The notes beneath the pieces were generated by a model. It ran no database searches, was not told the origin of the DNA, and was given only the letters and a program-made list of their open reading frames with translations. The translations under genes and the position numbers were made by a program. 19,663 bases of DNA, taken from a virus (taxonomy: Duplodnaviria; Heunggongvirae; Uroviricota; Caudoviricetes). The stretch lies in the IMG/VR virus record IMGVR_UViG_2695420792_000006, positions 1 to 19,663 of that record. One strand, given 5' to 3'. This document shows, one piece after another, positions 1 through 7,653 of the stretch (positions are counted from its first letter, which is position 1; each line of letters begins with the position of its first letter).

Positions 1-1287
1 TCAGAGTCTGGCTCTATGGGGCATGTATGGGACACTCTCCGTCAACTGCTTATTGAGTAGTTCTATTTGCCCGATATTGTTATCTTTCATCCATGCTCCG
101 TAAACGTTGAATACCATTTGTGCATTTGCATGGCCCATTTGGTTTGCTATGAAGCTTGGATTCGCTCCTGCCGATAATGCCCAACAGGCATAAGTATGCC
201 TGGACTGATAGGCTTTTCTGTGCCGCAGTCCTGCTCGCCTTAATGCAGATGCCCAGGAATCTCTGATGGAATCTGCTTTATAGTGGTGACCGACTTGCTG
301 GCATTTTTTCACCAGTTGCGGATTAAAAACAAACGTGCATTCATGGCGTGCAGTGCGACCGAACTCCCGAAGCTTGACGTCAATTTGATACTGAGGGCCA
401 AGTCTTGTCATTTCAGCCTGGCTTTTCAGGGCATCAACAGCTGGTTGAACAAGATGAATAACACGATCAGTTCCCGCTTCTGTTTTTGGTAGAGTGAACT
501 CCCCGAGTTTTGTATAATTACGACGGATAGTCATTGTTTTAGCTTTTAAATCAATATCCTCCCAAGCGAGAGATATTAGCTCACCGTGACGAATGCCTGT
601 GTATACTGCTAAGGACCACAGGTTTTTCGTTTGTTGATGGTGACAGGCATCAATAAAACGAATAAATTCGTCTCGTGTGAGCGGATCTGGTTCTGTTCTG
701 GATCTCTTTAATGGTGTCAGGCCGTTAAATGGGTTTGACACGATATAGCCGTTATCAGCCGCAAATTGAAACATTCCTGCAATTGTCGTCATGTAGTAAT
801 TAACCGTAACTACTGACCTCCCTTTAATCGGCGTTGTTTTTCCGTTAGAGAGATTATGATACCCGGTTAACAAATCTTTCCTGATAAACAGTAAATCTTC
901 CTTTGTTACCGACGAAGCAAGACGTTTTTCCCCTATGCGAGGAAGCATGTTTCTCACCACGGATTGATACCGACTGAATGCATTACTTCCTATCTCAATT
1001 TTCTTAAGGTCCAACCATTTTTCCGAAAGTGCCTTAACGGTTATCTCTCTTTTTCCCAGACCAAAGTGTTTCAGGTTAGGGGAATTAGGGAACTGCGCGG
1101 CGTAGTCGAAACTCCCCATTCTGATTGCAAAACAAACGGAAGTGCGAAGTTCACCAGCGATCTTCCGGTTTTTGGCTGTGTCAGGAACACCGAGGTTTTC
1201 TCTGACACGTTTGCCATTATAGTGAAACCATATACGGAGTGATCCTCCATGGTTTTCAACGCCTGTCGGGTATGATGCGTTACTCAT
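1..1287 (-). CDS. int: Phage tyrosine integrase (site-specific recombinase)
   Basis: 428-aa ORF ending exactly at the window edge. C-terminal region has the R...HxxR...Y pattern typical of tyrosine recombinases (RHGELISLAWEDI, HDLRHTYA-like SRHTYACWALSAG, final YMPH). Sits next to an excisionase-like gene as in lambdoid int-xis modules. Confidence 0.88.
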   Translation of the reverse strand: MSNASYPTGVENHGGSLRIWFHYNGKRVRENLGVPDTAKNRKIAGELRTSVCFAIRMGSFDYAAQFPNSPNLKHFGLGKREITVKALSEKWLDLKKIEIGSNAFSRYQSVVRNMLPRIGEKRLASSVTKEDLLFIRKDLLTGYHNLSNGKTTPIKGRSVVTVNYYMTTIAGMFQFAADNGYIVSNPFNGLTPLKRSRTEPDPLTRDEFIRFIDACHHQQTKNLWSLAVYTGIRHGELISLAWEDIDLKAKTMTIRRNYTKLGEFTLPKTEAGTDRVIHLVQPAVDALKSQAEMTRLGPQYQIDVKLREFGRTARHECTFVFNPQLVKKCQQVGHHYKADSIRDSWASALRRAGLRHRKAYQSRHTYACWALSAGANPSFIANQMGHANAQMVFNVYGAWMKDNNIGQIELLNKQLTESVPYMPHRARL

Positions 1288-1320
1288 TAAACCTCCCAGA
1301 CGTCCAGGAGCATTAACAGG

Positions 1321-1575
1321 TTAACCGGAACTTGCATTTTTGGCACCTGGTTGTTTCTGGTTTTCGATCCATCGCATAATTTCTTCGATGTTGTACAGGC
1401 ATTCACTGTAATGCCCAGGATCACCTTCTACAGCGTAATGGCGGTATTCTTTTCCCTGCATCCATGACTTTCTTCTGGCCCGCTCGATGGTGCCGGGCTT
1501 TAGCCCTGTTGATGCAATAAGGACTCTCTCCGTACACCATTTGCTGGGGGTTATCTGATAGATGATTGTCTGCAT
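1321..1575 (-). CDS. Excisionase-like small DNA-binding protein (Xis/YdaQ-like)
   Basis: 84-aa ORF immediately upstream of int on the same strand with a 33-bp gap. Size, position and basic character fit a lambdoid Xis; the assignment is by context and recollection, not alignment. Confidence 0.55.
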   Translation of the reverse strand: MQTIIYQITPSKWCTERVLIASTGLKPGTIERARRKSWMQGKEYRHYAVEGDPGHYSECLYNIEEIMRWIENQKQPGAKNASSG

Positions 1576-1618
1576 GCCAACCTCATAAAACTTTCATCCA
1601 CGGCAGTGGCACCACACT

Positions 1619-1735
1619 TCAAACATTCGCTTCACATCTTCTGTACAACACGGTGTTGTTTATGCAGCGAACAATTTTTACCGGGTAACCGGCACTGTCG
1701 GTATACAGTTGTCCCTGATTAATCAGAGCGAACAT
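1619..1735 (-). CDS. Small hypothetical protein (38 aa)
   Basis: Internal ATG (complement of 1733-1735) of the 79-aa track ORF, preceded by a GGAGA Shine-Dalgarno at 6-nt spacing. The longer 79-aa version overlaps the upstream gene. Confidence 0.3.
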   Translation of the reverse strand: MFALINQGQLYTDSAGYPVKIVRCINNTVLYRRCEANV

Positions 1736-1766
1736 TTTTTCTCCTGCTCTCTGAATAGTGAGAACT

Positions 1767-2150
1767 TCAGAGCCGTATGTTTGTAGCGGGTTCAATGCTG
1801 ATAATTTCTGCTGAGATAAGCATCCCGGCAAGCCAGAGTTCTCCGGACAGGTCTTCATCCTGGCATATCAGTTCGCCAATATTAATGGTGGCCATGATAT
1901 CCGTTTCCCCTGTGCGCTCATCCAGGGCTTCTTCATAAGGCAGCGTTGCGTACAGGCTTTCAATAGCGCAATTGATAACATCCAGTCCGGTCAGATTGCC
2001 GCCGACAGTAACTTCGAATGTTTCGCGGTATTCCCATAGTCCGAAAGTTAATCGAACGGTTTGTTTTGCCATGCGTCCGCACGACGTCAGATTCGGGTCA
2101 TAGTTCATTATTTGCGGTTGAGTATTCTGGTTGTTCATCTGATTTTCCAT
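1767..2150 (-). CDS. Hypothetical acidic protein (start uncertain)
   Basis: Track ORF 1767..2210 overlaps the 3' end of the SPFH gene. I favour the internal ATG at 2150 (MENQ...), which lies just after a hairpin at 2154-2170. Start codon is not resolved and no family is recognised. Confidence 0.4.
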   Translation of the reverse strand: MENQMNNQNTQPQIMNYDPNLTSCGRMAKQTVRLTFGLWEYRETFEVTVGGNLTGLDVINCAIESLYATLPYEEALDERTGETDIMATINIGELICQDEDLSGELWLAGMLISAEIISIEPATNIRL

Positions 2151-2178
2151 TAACCCGGCGGTTTGCCGGGCGTGTAAG

Positions 2179-3006
2179 TTATTTAATCTGGATAAATGGT
2201 GTATTGGCACCGCTGGTCATGTATTGCGGCAGAGTACCGTTCCACTTGTTGATGGCTTCCAGCTCCATGACGCCAGGGTTCTGGCGCAGAGCTTCACCGC
2301 GTAAACGAATAGCATCGGCCTCGGCCTGGGCTTTTGTGCGAATCGCATCTGCCTGTCCGGCAGCTTCCGCGCGCAACATGTTAGCTTCCGCTTCGCGCTG
2401 TTTTACTTCCTGTTCGCGTTGCAGGGTTTTCTGGTTCGCCGTGACTTTGGCATTAATGCTGTCGATAACGGTTGGCGGGTACTCCGGCTTACCCACATAT
2501 GAGAGACTCATTACCTGAATACCGATGGGCGTCATTTCTGCCTGAATGTCTTTAAGAGCTGCATCCAGTAGTTCAGACTTCCCGCCGTCGATAAATTTGT
2601 CAGTGGTCATTTTGCTGGCCAGTCGATTGAGTGCGTCGGCGATCTTCTGGCGCAGGTCAGTATCGGTAATGTCATCCACGCCTTTGCGGTAGGTCTGAAA
2701 CACCGTGGTAACTTTGGATGGATCAACTTTGTAGGCAACACCGATGTGATAGCCAATGGTTGTGCCGTCACTCATCTGGAAGCTGAACGGCTCATCGTAG
2801 GTCTTCATTTGTTTGAAGGTTGGGAAGATGTAAACTTCAGTGTTCCATCCCGTCCAGTAGCGCCCAACACCGACCACTTCACCGACGCCTTTATCGTCGC
2901 CAAGTTTGTTTACTTTGATGCCCACATTACCAGGCTCAACGCGATCGCAACCGACAAGGCCAATGGTCGGCAGAACAAGGGCTAAAGCAAAAAGTAATTT
3001 TTTCAT
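2179..3006 (-). CDS. SPFH/band-7 (prohibitin/HflKC/YqiK-like) lipoprotein
   Basis: 275 aa. N-terminal signal peptide with lipobox LVGC. C-terminal Ala/Glu-rich coiled coil (QREAEANMLRAEAAGQADAIRTKAQAEADAIRLRGEALRQNPGVMELEAINKWNGTLP) is characteristic of SPFH-family proteins. Start codon overlaps the stop of the upstream small membrane gene. Confidence 0.8.
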   Translation of the reverse strand: MKKLLFALALVLPTIGLVGCDRVEPGNVGIKVNKLGDDKGVGEVVGVGRYWTGWNTEVYIFPTFKQMKTYDEPFSFQMSDGTTIGYHIGVAYKVDPSKVTTVFQTYRKGVDDITDTDLRQKIADALNRLASKMTTDKFIDGGKSELLDAALKDIQAEMTPIGIQVMSLSYVGKPEYPPTVIDSINAKVTANQKTLQREQEVKQREAEANMLRAEAAGQADAIRTKAQAEADAIRLRGEALRQNPGVMELEAINKWNGTLPQYMTSGANTPFIQIK

Positions 3007-3191
3007 CTTTTATCCTTAGAAAAAGAAAGACCCTTATAAATGGCATAAATGCAGGGCGGGGTCAGACACGCCAGAGCAAAGCCAGAAATCACTGCTACCG
3101 TATCCTTCATTGATATGAGGGCCGGAACGATTAATCCGTAAATACATGTGATAATTGCCAGTGATATAACTATTCTGAAATAAATGTTCAT
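3003..3191 (-). CDS. Small 2-TM membrane protein, translationally coupled to the SPFH gene
   Basis: 62 aa with two hydrophobic helices (IVISLAIITCIYGLIVPALI and AVISGFALACLTPPCIYAIY). AGGAGG Shine-Dalgarno 3 nt upstream of the ATG. 4-nt overlap with the SPFH start. Confidence 0.55.
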   Translation of the reverse strand: MNIYFRIVISLAIITCIYGLIVPALISMKDTVAVISGFALACLTPPCIYAIYKGLSFSKDKR

Positions 3192-3251
3192 GGTCCTCCT
3201 GATGTATGCGGCTTGCCTTATTTAATTGCGTCATGGTTAATTTCGTTTACG

Positions 3252-3644
3252 TCAGAATGGTTTTGTTGCCATCAGTTCGTAATATCCGGCGCTCCATGTG
3301 TCATATTTTCTGAACCATTTTTCTGTATACTGTTTCCTGGCGATGAGTCTGCGCAGTCGTCTGATTGTTCGCTGGTGTGCGCGGGTATACTCTGTGGTTG
3401 ATTCTCCACGTTTCCATATCTCATTCCCGTTGAAGATAAAACGCTTGTCAGGATAGCGTTGCCGGAATCCTGAACGTTCAAAAGCGCGGGTGGTCATAAA
3501 GAATGCCAGGTAACGAATTGCCGTTTTTCGGGTGAGGCATTTTTTTGTTCTTCCGTGGCGTGTTACAAAAAATAACGGGCCGACGGGTGTATCATGTTTC
3601 TGTAATGCCTGGTCAATGGCGCTGGCGGTGCGGTTGTCGATCAT
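3252..3644 (-). CDS. Hypothetical basic protein (Arg/Lys-rich, possible nucleic-acid binding)
   Basis: 130-aa ORF in the leftward early operon, rich in basic residues (RTIRRLRRLIARKQY). No family recognised. Confidence 0.5.
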   Translation of the reverse strand: MIDNRTASAIDQALQKHDTPVGPLFFVTRHGRTKKCLTRKTAIRYLAFFMTTRAFERSGFRQRYPDKRFIFNGNEIWKRGESTTEYTRAHQRTIRRLRRLIARKQYTEKWFRKYDTWSAGYYELMATKPF

Positions 3645-3830
3645 TTCTTTATTTCTCCCGAATAACGTTCATGACTCATTACTTCCCAGTTCCGGCCGTC
3701 GCCTTTCGATAACAGCCGCCAGCAACGGTTAACCTTCAGACTGAGATATCCGGTGCGCTGTATCCGATGCGGAAATATCCGTCGGCATCGGTACAACAAC
3801 AGGACCTGCAATGCCTGCCGGTGGATCCGC

Positions 3831-4046
3831 TCAGGAATGCGTGTTGCTGTTAATGCCACCGGTTTCCTCCTGAGCAGGTGCTGTTATCTGATACCCCGCT
3901 CTTTCTGCCAGCCGTATGAATGTATCCATGCTGGCAATCAGCTCGCCATCGCGGACTTTGCAGACACCTGTGACTTGGCCATTTTCAATTGTCATAACGA
4001 TCTGCACTTTTTCGCGCACAACAGATACAGGGGATAAATTAGCCAT
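3831..4046 (-). CDS. Hypothetical small protein
   Basis: 71-aa ORF in the same orientation as the early-left operon, with coding-like composition. No family recognised. Confidence 0.45.
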   Translation of the reverse strand: MANLSPVSVVREKVQIVMTIENGQVTGVCKVRDGELIASMDTFIRLAERAGYQITAPAQEETGGINSNTHS

Positions 4047-4171
4047 CAGTTAATTCCTCCACTGGTATATTTTTCTTTCGCGTAATCAATAACCTCTTGA
4101 AAAAGGTTGTCTATAATTAACTTTCCGGTTTCAGTCAGGTATTCAGTATGTTGATTAATCCCGATAGCATT

Positions 4172-4405
4172 CTAGTATGCAGTGTGGATTTCGGTTTCAC
4201 CCTCCACCCGGCCCAATTCACCACGGGTAATACCTTCGAAGCGTAACAGCAACTGGTTTATAAACTGTTCAGTTATTTCTATAGTCGCAATGTTCCCATC
4301 CGGAAGGTCAACAATAAGCAGATTACCACCTGTTTTACGTTTTATTCGATGGAGTGCCGCAACAGCTATACGGCGACGATATGTATTAATGGGTTCATAT
4401 GCCAT
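4172..4405 (-). CDS. Hypothetical small protein
   Basis: 77-aa ORF in the early-left operon. No family recognised. Confidence 0.45.
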   Translation of the reverse strand: MAYEPINTYRRRIAVAALHRIKRKTGGNLLIVDLPDGNIATIEITEQFINQLLLRFEGITRGELGRVEGETEIHTAY

Positions 4406-4604
4406 TTGTTATTTCCCGTATGCTTTACGCAGAAATAAGCAGGCAATATGCATGTAATTTTCACCGTGTTGTGCAATAAGACAGGCTGTTTTGTGTGATG
4501 TCTTATGTTTTATAAAAGTCATAATAAAGGCTCCAGTGGATTAAGTGTGTGATAATCCCCGGCGATTAAGCCGTAATATATTGTTCAGCGATAATATGTT
4601 TTAT

Positions 4605-4805
4605 TTAACTGGATAGTTCTTTTTCAGTTGCTGCTTCAGCATAGCAACGTGCAAATTCAAGAACTTCATCACCTGTTCTTTTTATTGCATCGTTGTCTGA
4701 CATTTGTAATACGACAACTGCGCATAATAAATCATGGATATTGTTTGCAAAGGAATCCGGTGCCAGGCATAAGCCTTCATACTTATCATGGATATTGCCA
4801 GTCAT
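4605..4805 (-). CDS. Hypothetical small protein (66 aa)
   Basis: Internal ATG (MTGNIHDKYEG...) with an AAGGAG Shine-Dalgarno, 5 nt downstream of the stop of the tandem-HTH gene. The longer track ORF (to 4847) would overlap that gene. Confidence 0.45.
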   Translation of the reverse strand: MTGNIHDKYEGLCLAPDSFANNIHDLLCAVVVLQMSDNDAIKRTGDEVLEFARCYAEAATEKELSS

Positions 4806-4810
4806 TGTTG

Positions 4811-5482
4811 CTACTCCTTTGCTTCTGATTTTCCCGTTAACAACCACACCAGGTCACAATTAAGCGCACTGGCCAGTGGTACTATCTGATCAGCAGGAAC
4901 TTCACAGATGCCGCATTCCCAGTCGTTTATGGGGTCACTGTAGGTATGAATCATGCGGGCAAGATCAGCTTCAGTTAAGCCCAGTTTTTTACGGGCGCTT
5001 TTGATGCGTGCGCCAATACTTTCCACATGGACTTCAGGCGCATTTACGCGAATAGCTGACTCGCTGTTTTTTTCACTCAGCAGAGAAAGCGGATCGCATC
5101 CCAGGACGTTTGCCAGGGGGATAAGCATGCTGATGGTTGGTTCGTACTCTCCGCTCTCCCATTGCAGAATAATCTCTTCGTCAAGATCGAGTAGTCTGGC
5201 CAGTTCGGTGGTCGTCAAGCCGCAGGCTTCACGTTGGGTACGGATTTTTCCAAAAAAGTGACTATGCGAAACCATAGCTTTTGCCTCACATAGTTTTTCT
5301 GCAAAAATTGATGCAGTTTCTTCTGTTTTTTGCAGGGAACGCATCAGGCATCTGATTGCATTATAAACCCTCTCACTTTCTGCTCCGTTTTCTGACATGT
5401 AGGAATAGATCATTCCAAGCAGCGAGCCGCCTTCTTGTATTTGTGCTGCAATTTCATCCATCACCTTAACTGCATGCTTCAT
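4811..5482 (-). CDS. Tandem HTH (XRE-type) DNA-binding protein with unknown N-terminal domain; first gene of the pL-like operon
   Basis: 223 aa. Two XRE-like helix-turn-helix segments (TTTELARLLDLDEEIILQWESGEYEPT and LTEADLARMIHTYSDPINDWECGICEVPADQI). AGGAGG Shine-Dalgarno 4 nt upstream. A consensus sigma70-like promoter lies immediately upstream. Confidence 0.7.
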   Translation of the reverse strand: MKHAVKVMDEIAAQIQEGGSLLGMIYSYMSENGAESERVYNAIRCLMRSLQKTEETASIFAEKLCEAKAMVSHSHFFGKIRTQREACGLTTTELARLLDLDEEIILQWESGEYEPTISMLIPLANVLGCDPLSLLSEKNSESAIRVNAPEVHVESIGARIKSARKKLGLTEADLARMIHTYSDPINDWECGICEVPADQIVPLASALNCDLVWLLTGKSEAKE

Positions 5483-5507
5483 ATGAGCCTCCTGTTGTTT
5501 TAATTTT

Positions 5508-5536
5508 ACAATAGCTAAAGCGTTTGGTTATGTCAA
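5508..5536 (-). promoter_or_regulatory. pL-like promoter (-35 TTGACA, 17-bp spacer, -10 TATTGT) with overlapping operator-like motif
   Basis: Minus-strand reading gives TTGACA(17 nt)TATTGT upstream of the 223-aa gene. The 13-mer TCAATCGCTATAG (5533-5545) overlaps the -35 and recurs at 6448-6460 beside the cro-like promoter. Confidence 0.5.
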
Positions 5537-5658
5537 TCGCTATAGCTATGCATTTTGAGCAGCAAAGAACAGATTATGAGAGAAATGAGACGATACGTAG
5601 GGAGTTGAGATACAGGAAAGTAGAGCAGCTGCGCAATACAGCTGCCGGTGATGTTGAC

Positions 5659-6363
5659 TTATCCGACCCTGTTATACTGGATTGACTGATGAATGAGAAC
5701 TTTCCCCATTATGAATAGATGTTCTTCAGCTGATTCACTTATAAACCATTCCTTGTAGGCCGGATTGTCTGATATAACAGCAAGTTGCATCCCTTGCATT
5801 TGCAGGCGTTTGATATGGAAGGTGTGCCCAAAAATAAAAACATAGATACCGTCAGTTTCAAAATTTCTGACGGATACGTCGACAAACACCTGATCTCCTG
5901 CACACAGAGTAGGAGCCATGCTGTCGCCATCAACTGTTATCATCTTTATGATATTTGCTGGCCTGCTACAGAACAGACGTCTTGCGGCGTCATGTGAAAA
6001 TTCTATAGCATGGACCGTTTCTGCAAAATCTGAAACAAGGAATGTTCCTGGTCCCGCGCTGGCAGCGATATCCAGGACTTCCACACGAAAAATATCCTTA
6101 TCATTTTCCAGCGGGGAATATGATACCTGTGGTGTCGGATTGCAGGATGTGCTTTCTTCTGGGGTCATAGGACCAACACCGTACGATAGCCACTCGGGGC
6201 GCACGTTCAGGGTATTGGCTATCTCCACAACTTTCCTGGAGCCTGTGGCACCATTAACCAGTTTATTTACGCTCGATTGAGCCATGCCAACCTCTCTGGC
6301 CAGTTTTCCCTGCGAGTATCCGCGGATAGTCATAGCTAACTGTAGCCTGTCTGAAAAGCTCAT
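5659..6363 (-). CDS. cI-like prophage repressor (HTH_XRE + S24 LexA-like peptidase domain)
   Basis: N-terminal HTH (YSQGKLAREVGMAQSSVNKLVNG) and C-terminal S24-like region with the GDSM serine motif and a downstream lysine (VDGDSMAPT ... HIKRL). Start set at the ATG with an AGGAGG Shine-Dalgarno at 6368-6373 rather than the longer track ORF. Divergent from a cro-like gene. Confidence 0.85.
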   Translation of the reverse strand: MSFSDRLQLAMTIRGYSQGKLAREVGMAQSSVNKLVNGATGSRKVVEIANTLNVRPEWLSYGVGPMTPEESTSCNPTPQVSYSPLENDKDIFRVEVLDIAASAGPGTFLVSDFAETVHAIEFSHDAARRLFCSRPANIIKMITVDGDSMAPTLCAGDQVFVDVSVRNFETDGIYVFIFGHTFHIKRLQMQGMQLAVISDNPAYKEWFISESAEEHLFIMGKVLIHQSIQYNRVG

Positions 6364-6387
6364 AAGTCCTCCTTTTTCTGCCCTTTT

Positions 6388-6416
6388 AGTGTATCGCCTT
6401 AGCGATATATACACAA
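6388..6416 (-). promoter_or_regulatory. pRM-like promoter for the repressor (-35 TTGTGT, 17 bp, -10 TACACT) overlapping a palindromic operator
   Basis: Read on the minus strand. The palindrome TATCGCcttaGCGATA (6392-6407) lies in the spacer. Confidence 0.4.
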
Positions 6417-6432
6417 ACCGCTTTTCCGCACA

Positions 6433-6461
6433 TTGTAATCGCTTTGATCAATCGCTATAGT
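6433..6461 (+). promoter_or_regulatory. pR-like promoter for the cro-like gene (-35 TTGTAA, 17 bp, -10 TATAGT) with AATCGCT operator repeats in the spacer
   Basis: TTGTAA at 6433-6438, 17-nt spacer, TATAGT at 6456-6461, about 25 nt upstream of the cro-like ATG. Direct repeats AATCGCT occur at 6437-6443 and 6450-6456. Confidence 0.45.
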
Positions 6462-6486
6462 GAATGGAATCAGGTTGGAGGTCGAT

Positions 6487-6750
6487 ATGAAAAATGAAGG
6501 TATAGCCAAGGCTGTAGATATTGCGGGAAGCCAGATTGCTCTGGCTAGGCGTTGTGGTCGCGCGCAGTCAACAATTTGCGACTGGCTGAATGGGAAGAAA
6601 AAAATTTCTCCTGAATTTGTTCCGTCTCTGGTTAAGGCGGTCGATGGGAAAGTCCAGGCGTATGAATTTCGTCCTGATCTACCGGAGCTTTTCCCACACC
6701 CAAGCTTAGCGCACACAGAAGATGGAGTGTGCGAAGGAGATAAACAGTGA
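6487..6750 (+). CDS. Cro/YdaS-like HTH regulator
   Basis: ATG at 6487 with a GGAGG Shine-Dalgarno at 5-nt spacing. HTH segment (IAGSQIALARRCGRAQSTICDWLNG). Divergent from the cI-like repressor, the classic immunity-region layout. Confidence 0.7.
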   Translation: MKNEGIAKAVDIAGSQIALARRCGRAQSTICDWLNGKKKISPEFVPSLVKAVDGKVQAYEFRPDLPELFPHPSLAHTEDGVCEGDKQ

Positions 6751-7454
6751 ATACAGCAATTTTTACCGACAAAGCATCTATGACCAGCGTTGAGATTGCT
6801 GAGTTGGTTGGTAAGCGCCATGACAATGTAAAACGCACTATTGAAACATTAGCCAAAGGTGGTGTTGTCCGGTCTCCTCAAATTGAGGTTTCCGAAAGAA
6901 TCAATAACTTAGGGTTTAAAGTTCAACACGAGCATTATCTGTTTGAAGGCGAACAAGGCAAACGCGACAGCATTATTGTTGTCGCACAGCTTTGCCCTGA
7001 ATTCACCGCCCGCCTGGTAGACCGCTGGCGTGAACTGGAAGAACAGATCCGTAAGCCAATGAGCGAAATCGAAATGGTTGCCGCGATGGCGCTCGAGGCT
7101 GTTCGCCAACAAAGACGTCTTGAGCATGTGGAAGAGAAAGTCATCCACGTTACCGAAACAGTCGAGCAAATCAAAAGAGGCACCATACGCGATGGTTATG
7201 CAGGCTACCGTCAGCTGGTGGCGAAAACGGGTATGTCAGATGCGAAATGTCGCAATCTGGTGAACGCATATCAGATCCCTACTGACACCCATGAATTTAT
7301 GACGCCGGATGGATTGTTGTCTCGTCGCGCGATTGTTGCAGTAGAACCCTTCATGTCTGCTTTTCATCGCATGATGAGTGAAGCAGAACCACGGGGTACT
7401 CGCTGGTATCACCCGAAGATGGGGCTGTTCCAGGCGCTGGGCTGGCAGGGGTAA
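6747..7454 (+). CDS. Rha-family phage regulatory protein
   Basis: N-terminal Rha-type motif (MTSVEIAELVGKRHDNVKRTIETL). GTG at 6747 has an AAGGAG Shine-Dalgarno at 7-nt spacing and overlaps the cro-like stop. An alternative ATG start lies at 6780. Confidence 0.65.
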   Translation: MNTAIFTDKASMTSVEIAELVGKRHDNVKRTIETLAKGGVVRSPQIEVSERINNLGFKVQHEHYLFEGEQGKRDSIIVVAQLCPEFTARLVDRWRELEEQIRKPMSEIEMVAAMALEAVRQQRRLEHVEEKVIHVTETVEQIKRGTIRDGYAGYRQLVAKTGMSDAKCRNLVNAYQIPTDTHEFMTPDGLLSRRAIVAVEPFMSAFHRMMSEAEPRGTRWYHPKMGLFQALGWQG

Positions 7455-7473
7455 TTATGCTCACAGGTAACAC

Positions 7474-7653
7474 ATGCAAGTACTCAATCGCTGGTTCCGT
7501 GATGGAAGAGGGCGTCGCGTCCACGTTATACGCTGGGAGCCTGAAACACAGCGGGTTATTTACCTGCGTGATGGTTATCCGGATGAGTGCTTCAGCCCAC
7601 TATGGTTGTTTCGTCGTGATTTTGTTGAGTGCGAAGCGCCACCAGCATATTGA
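7474..7653 (+). CDS. Small hypothetical protein (59 aa) in an alternate frame to the track ORF
   Basis: My translation of ATG 7474 gives MQVLNRWFRDGRGRRVHVIRWEPETQRVIYLRDGYPDECFSPLWLFRRDFVECEAPPAY, which looks protein-like. It falls below the track's length cut-off. The overlapping N-terminal 157 aa of the 340-aa track ORF look non-native. Confidence 0.35.
   Translation: MQVLNRWFRDGRGRRVHVIRWEPETQRVIYLRDGYPDECFSPLWLFRRDFVECEAPPAY

Noticed and set aside
283-1259. Internal ORFs overlapping the integrase (283..492, 964..1242 on the plus strand; 1071..1259 on the minus strand)
   Set aside because: They are fully contained in the integrase gene, which has clear catalytic motifs. No independent ribosome-binding site or family signal.
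6460-6486. GTG start for the cro-like gene (track start) and the analogous GTG start for lom at 18616
   Set aside because: The internal ATGs (6487 and 18652) have well-spaced Shine-Dalgarno sequences. The lom GTG lies inside a terminator hairpin, and the mature Lom signal peptide begins at the ATG.
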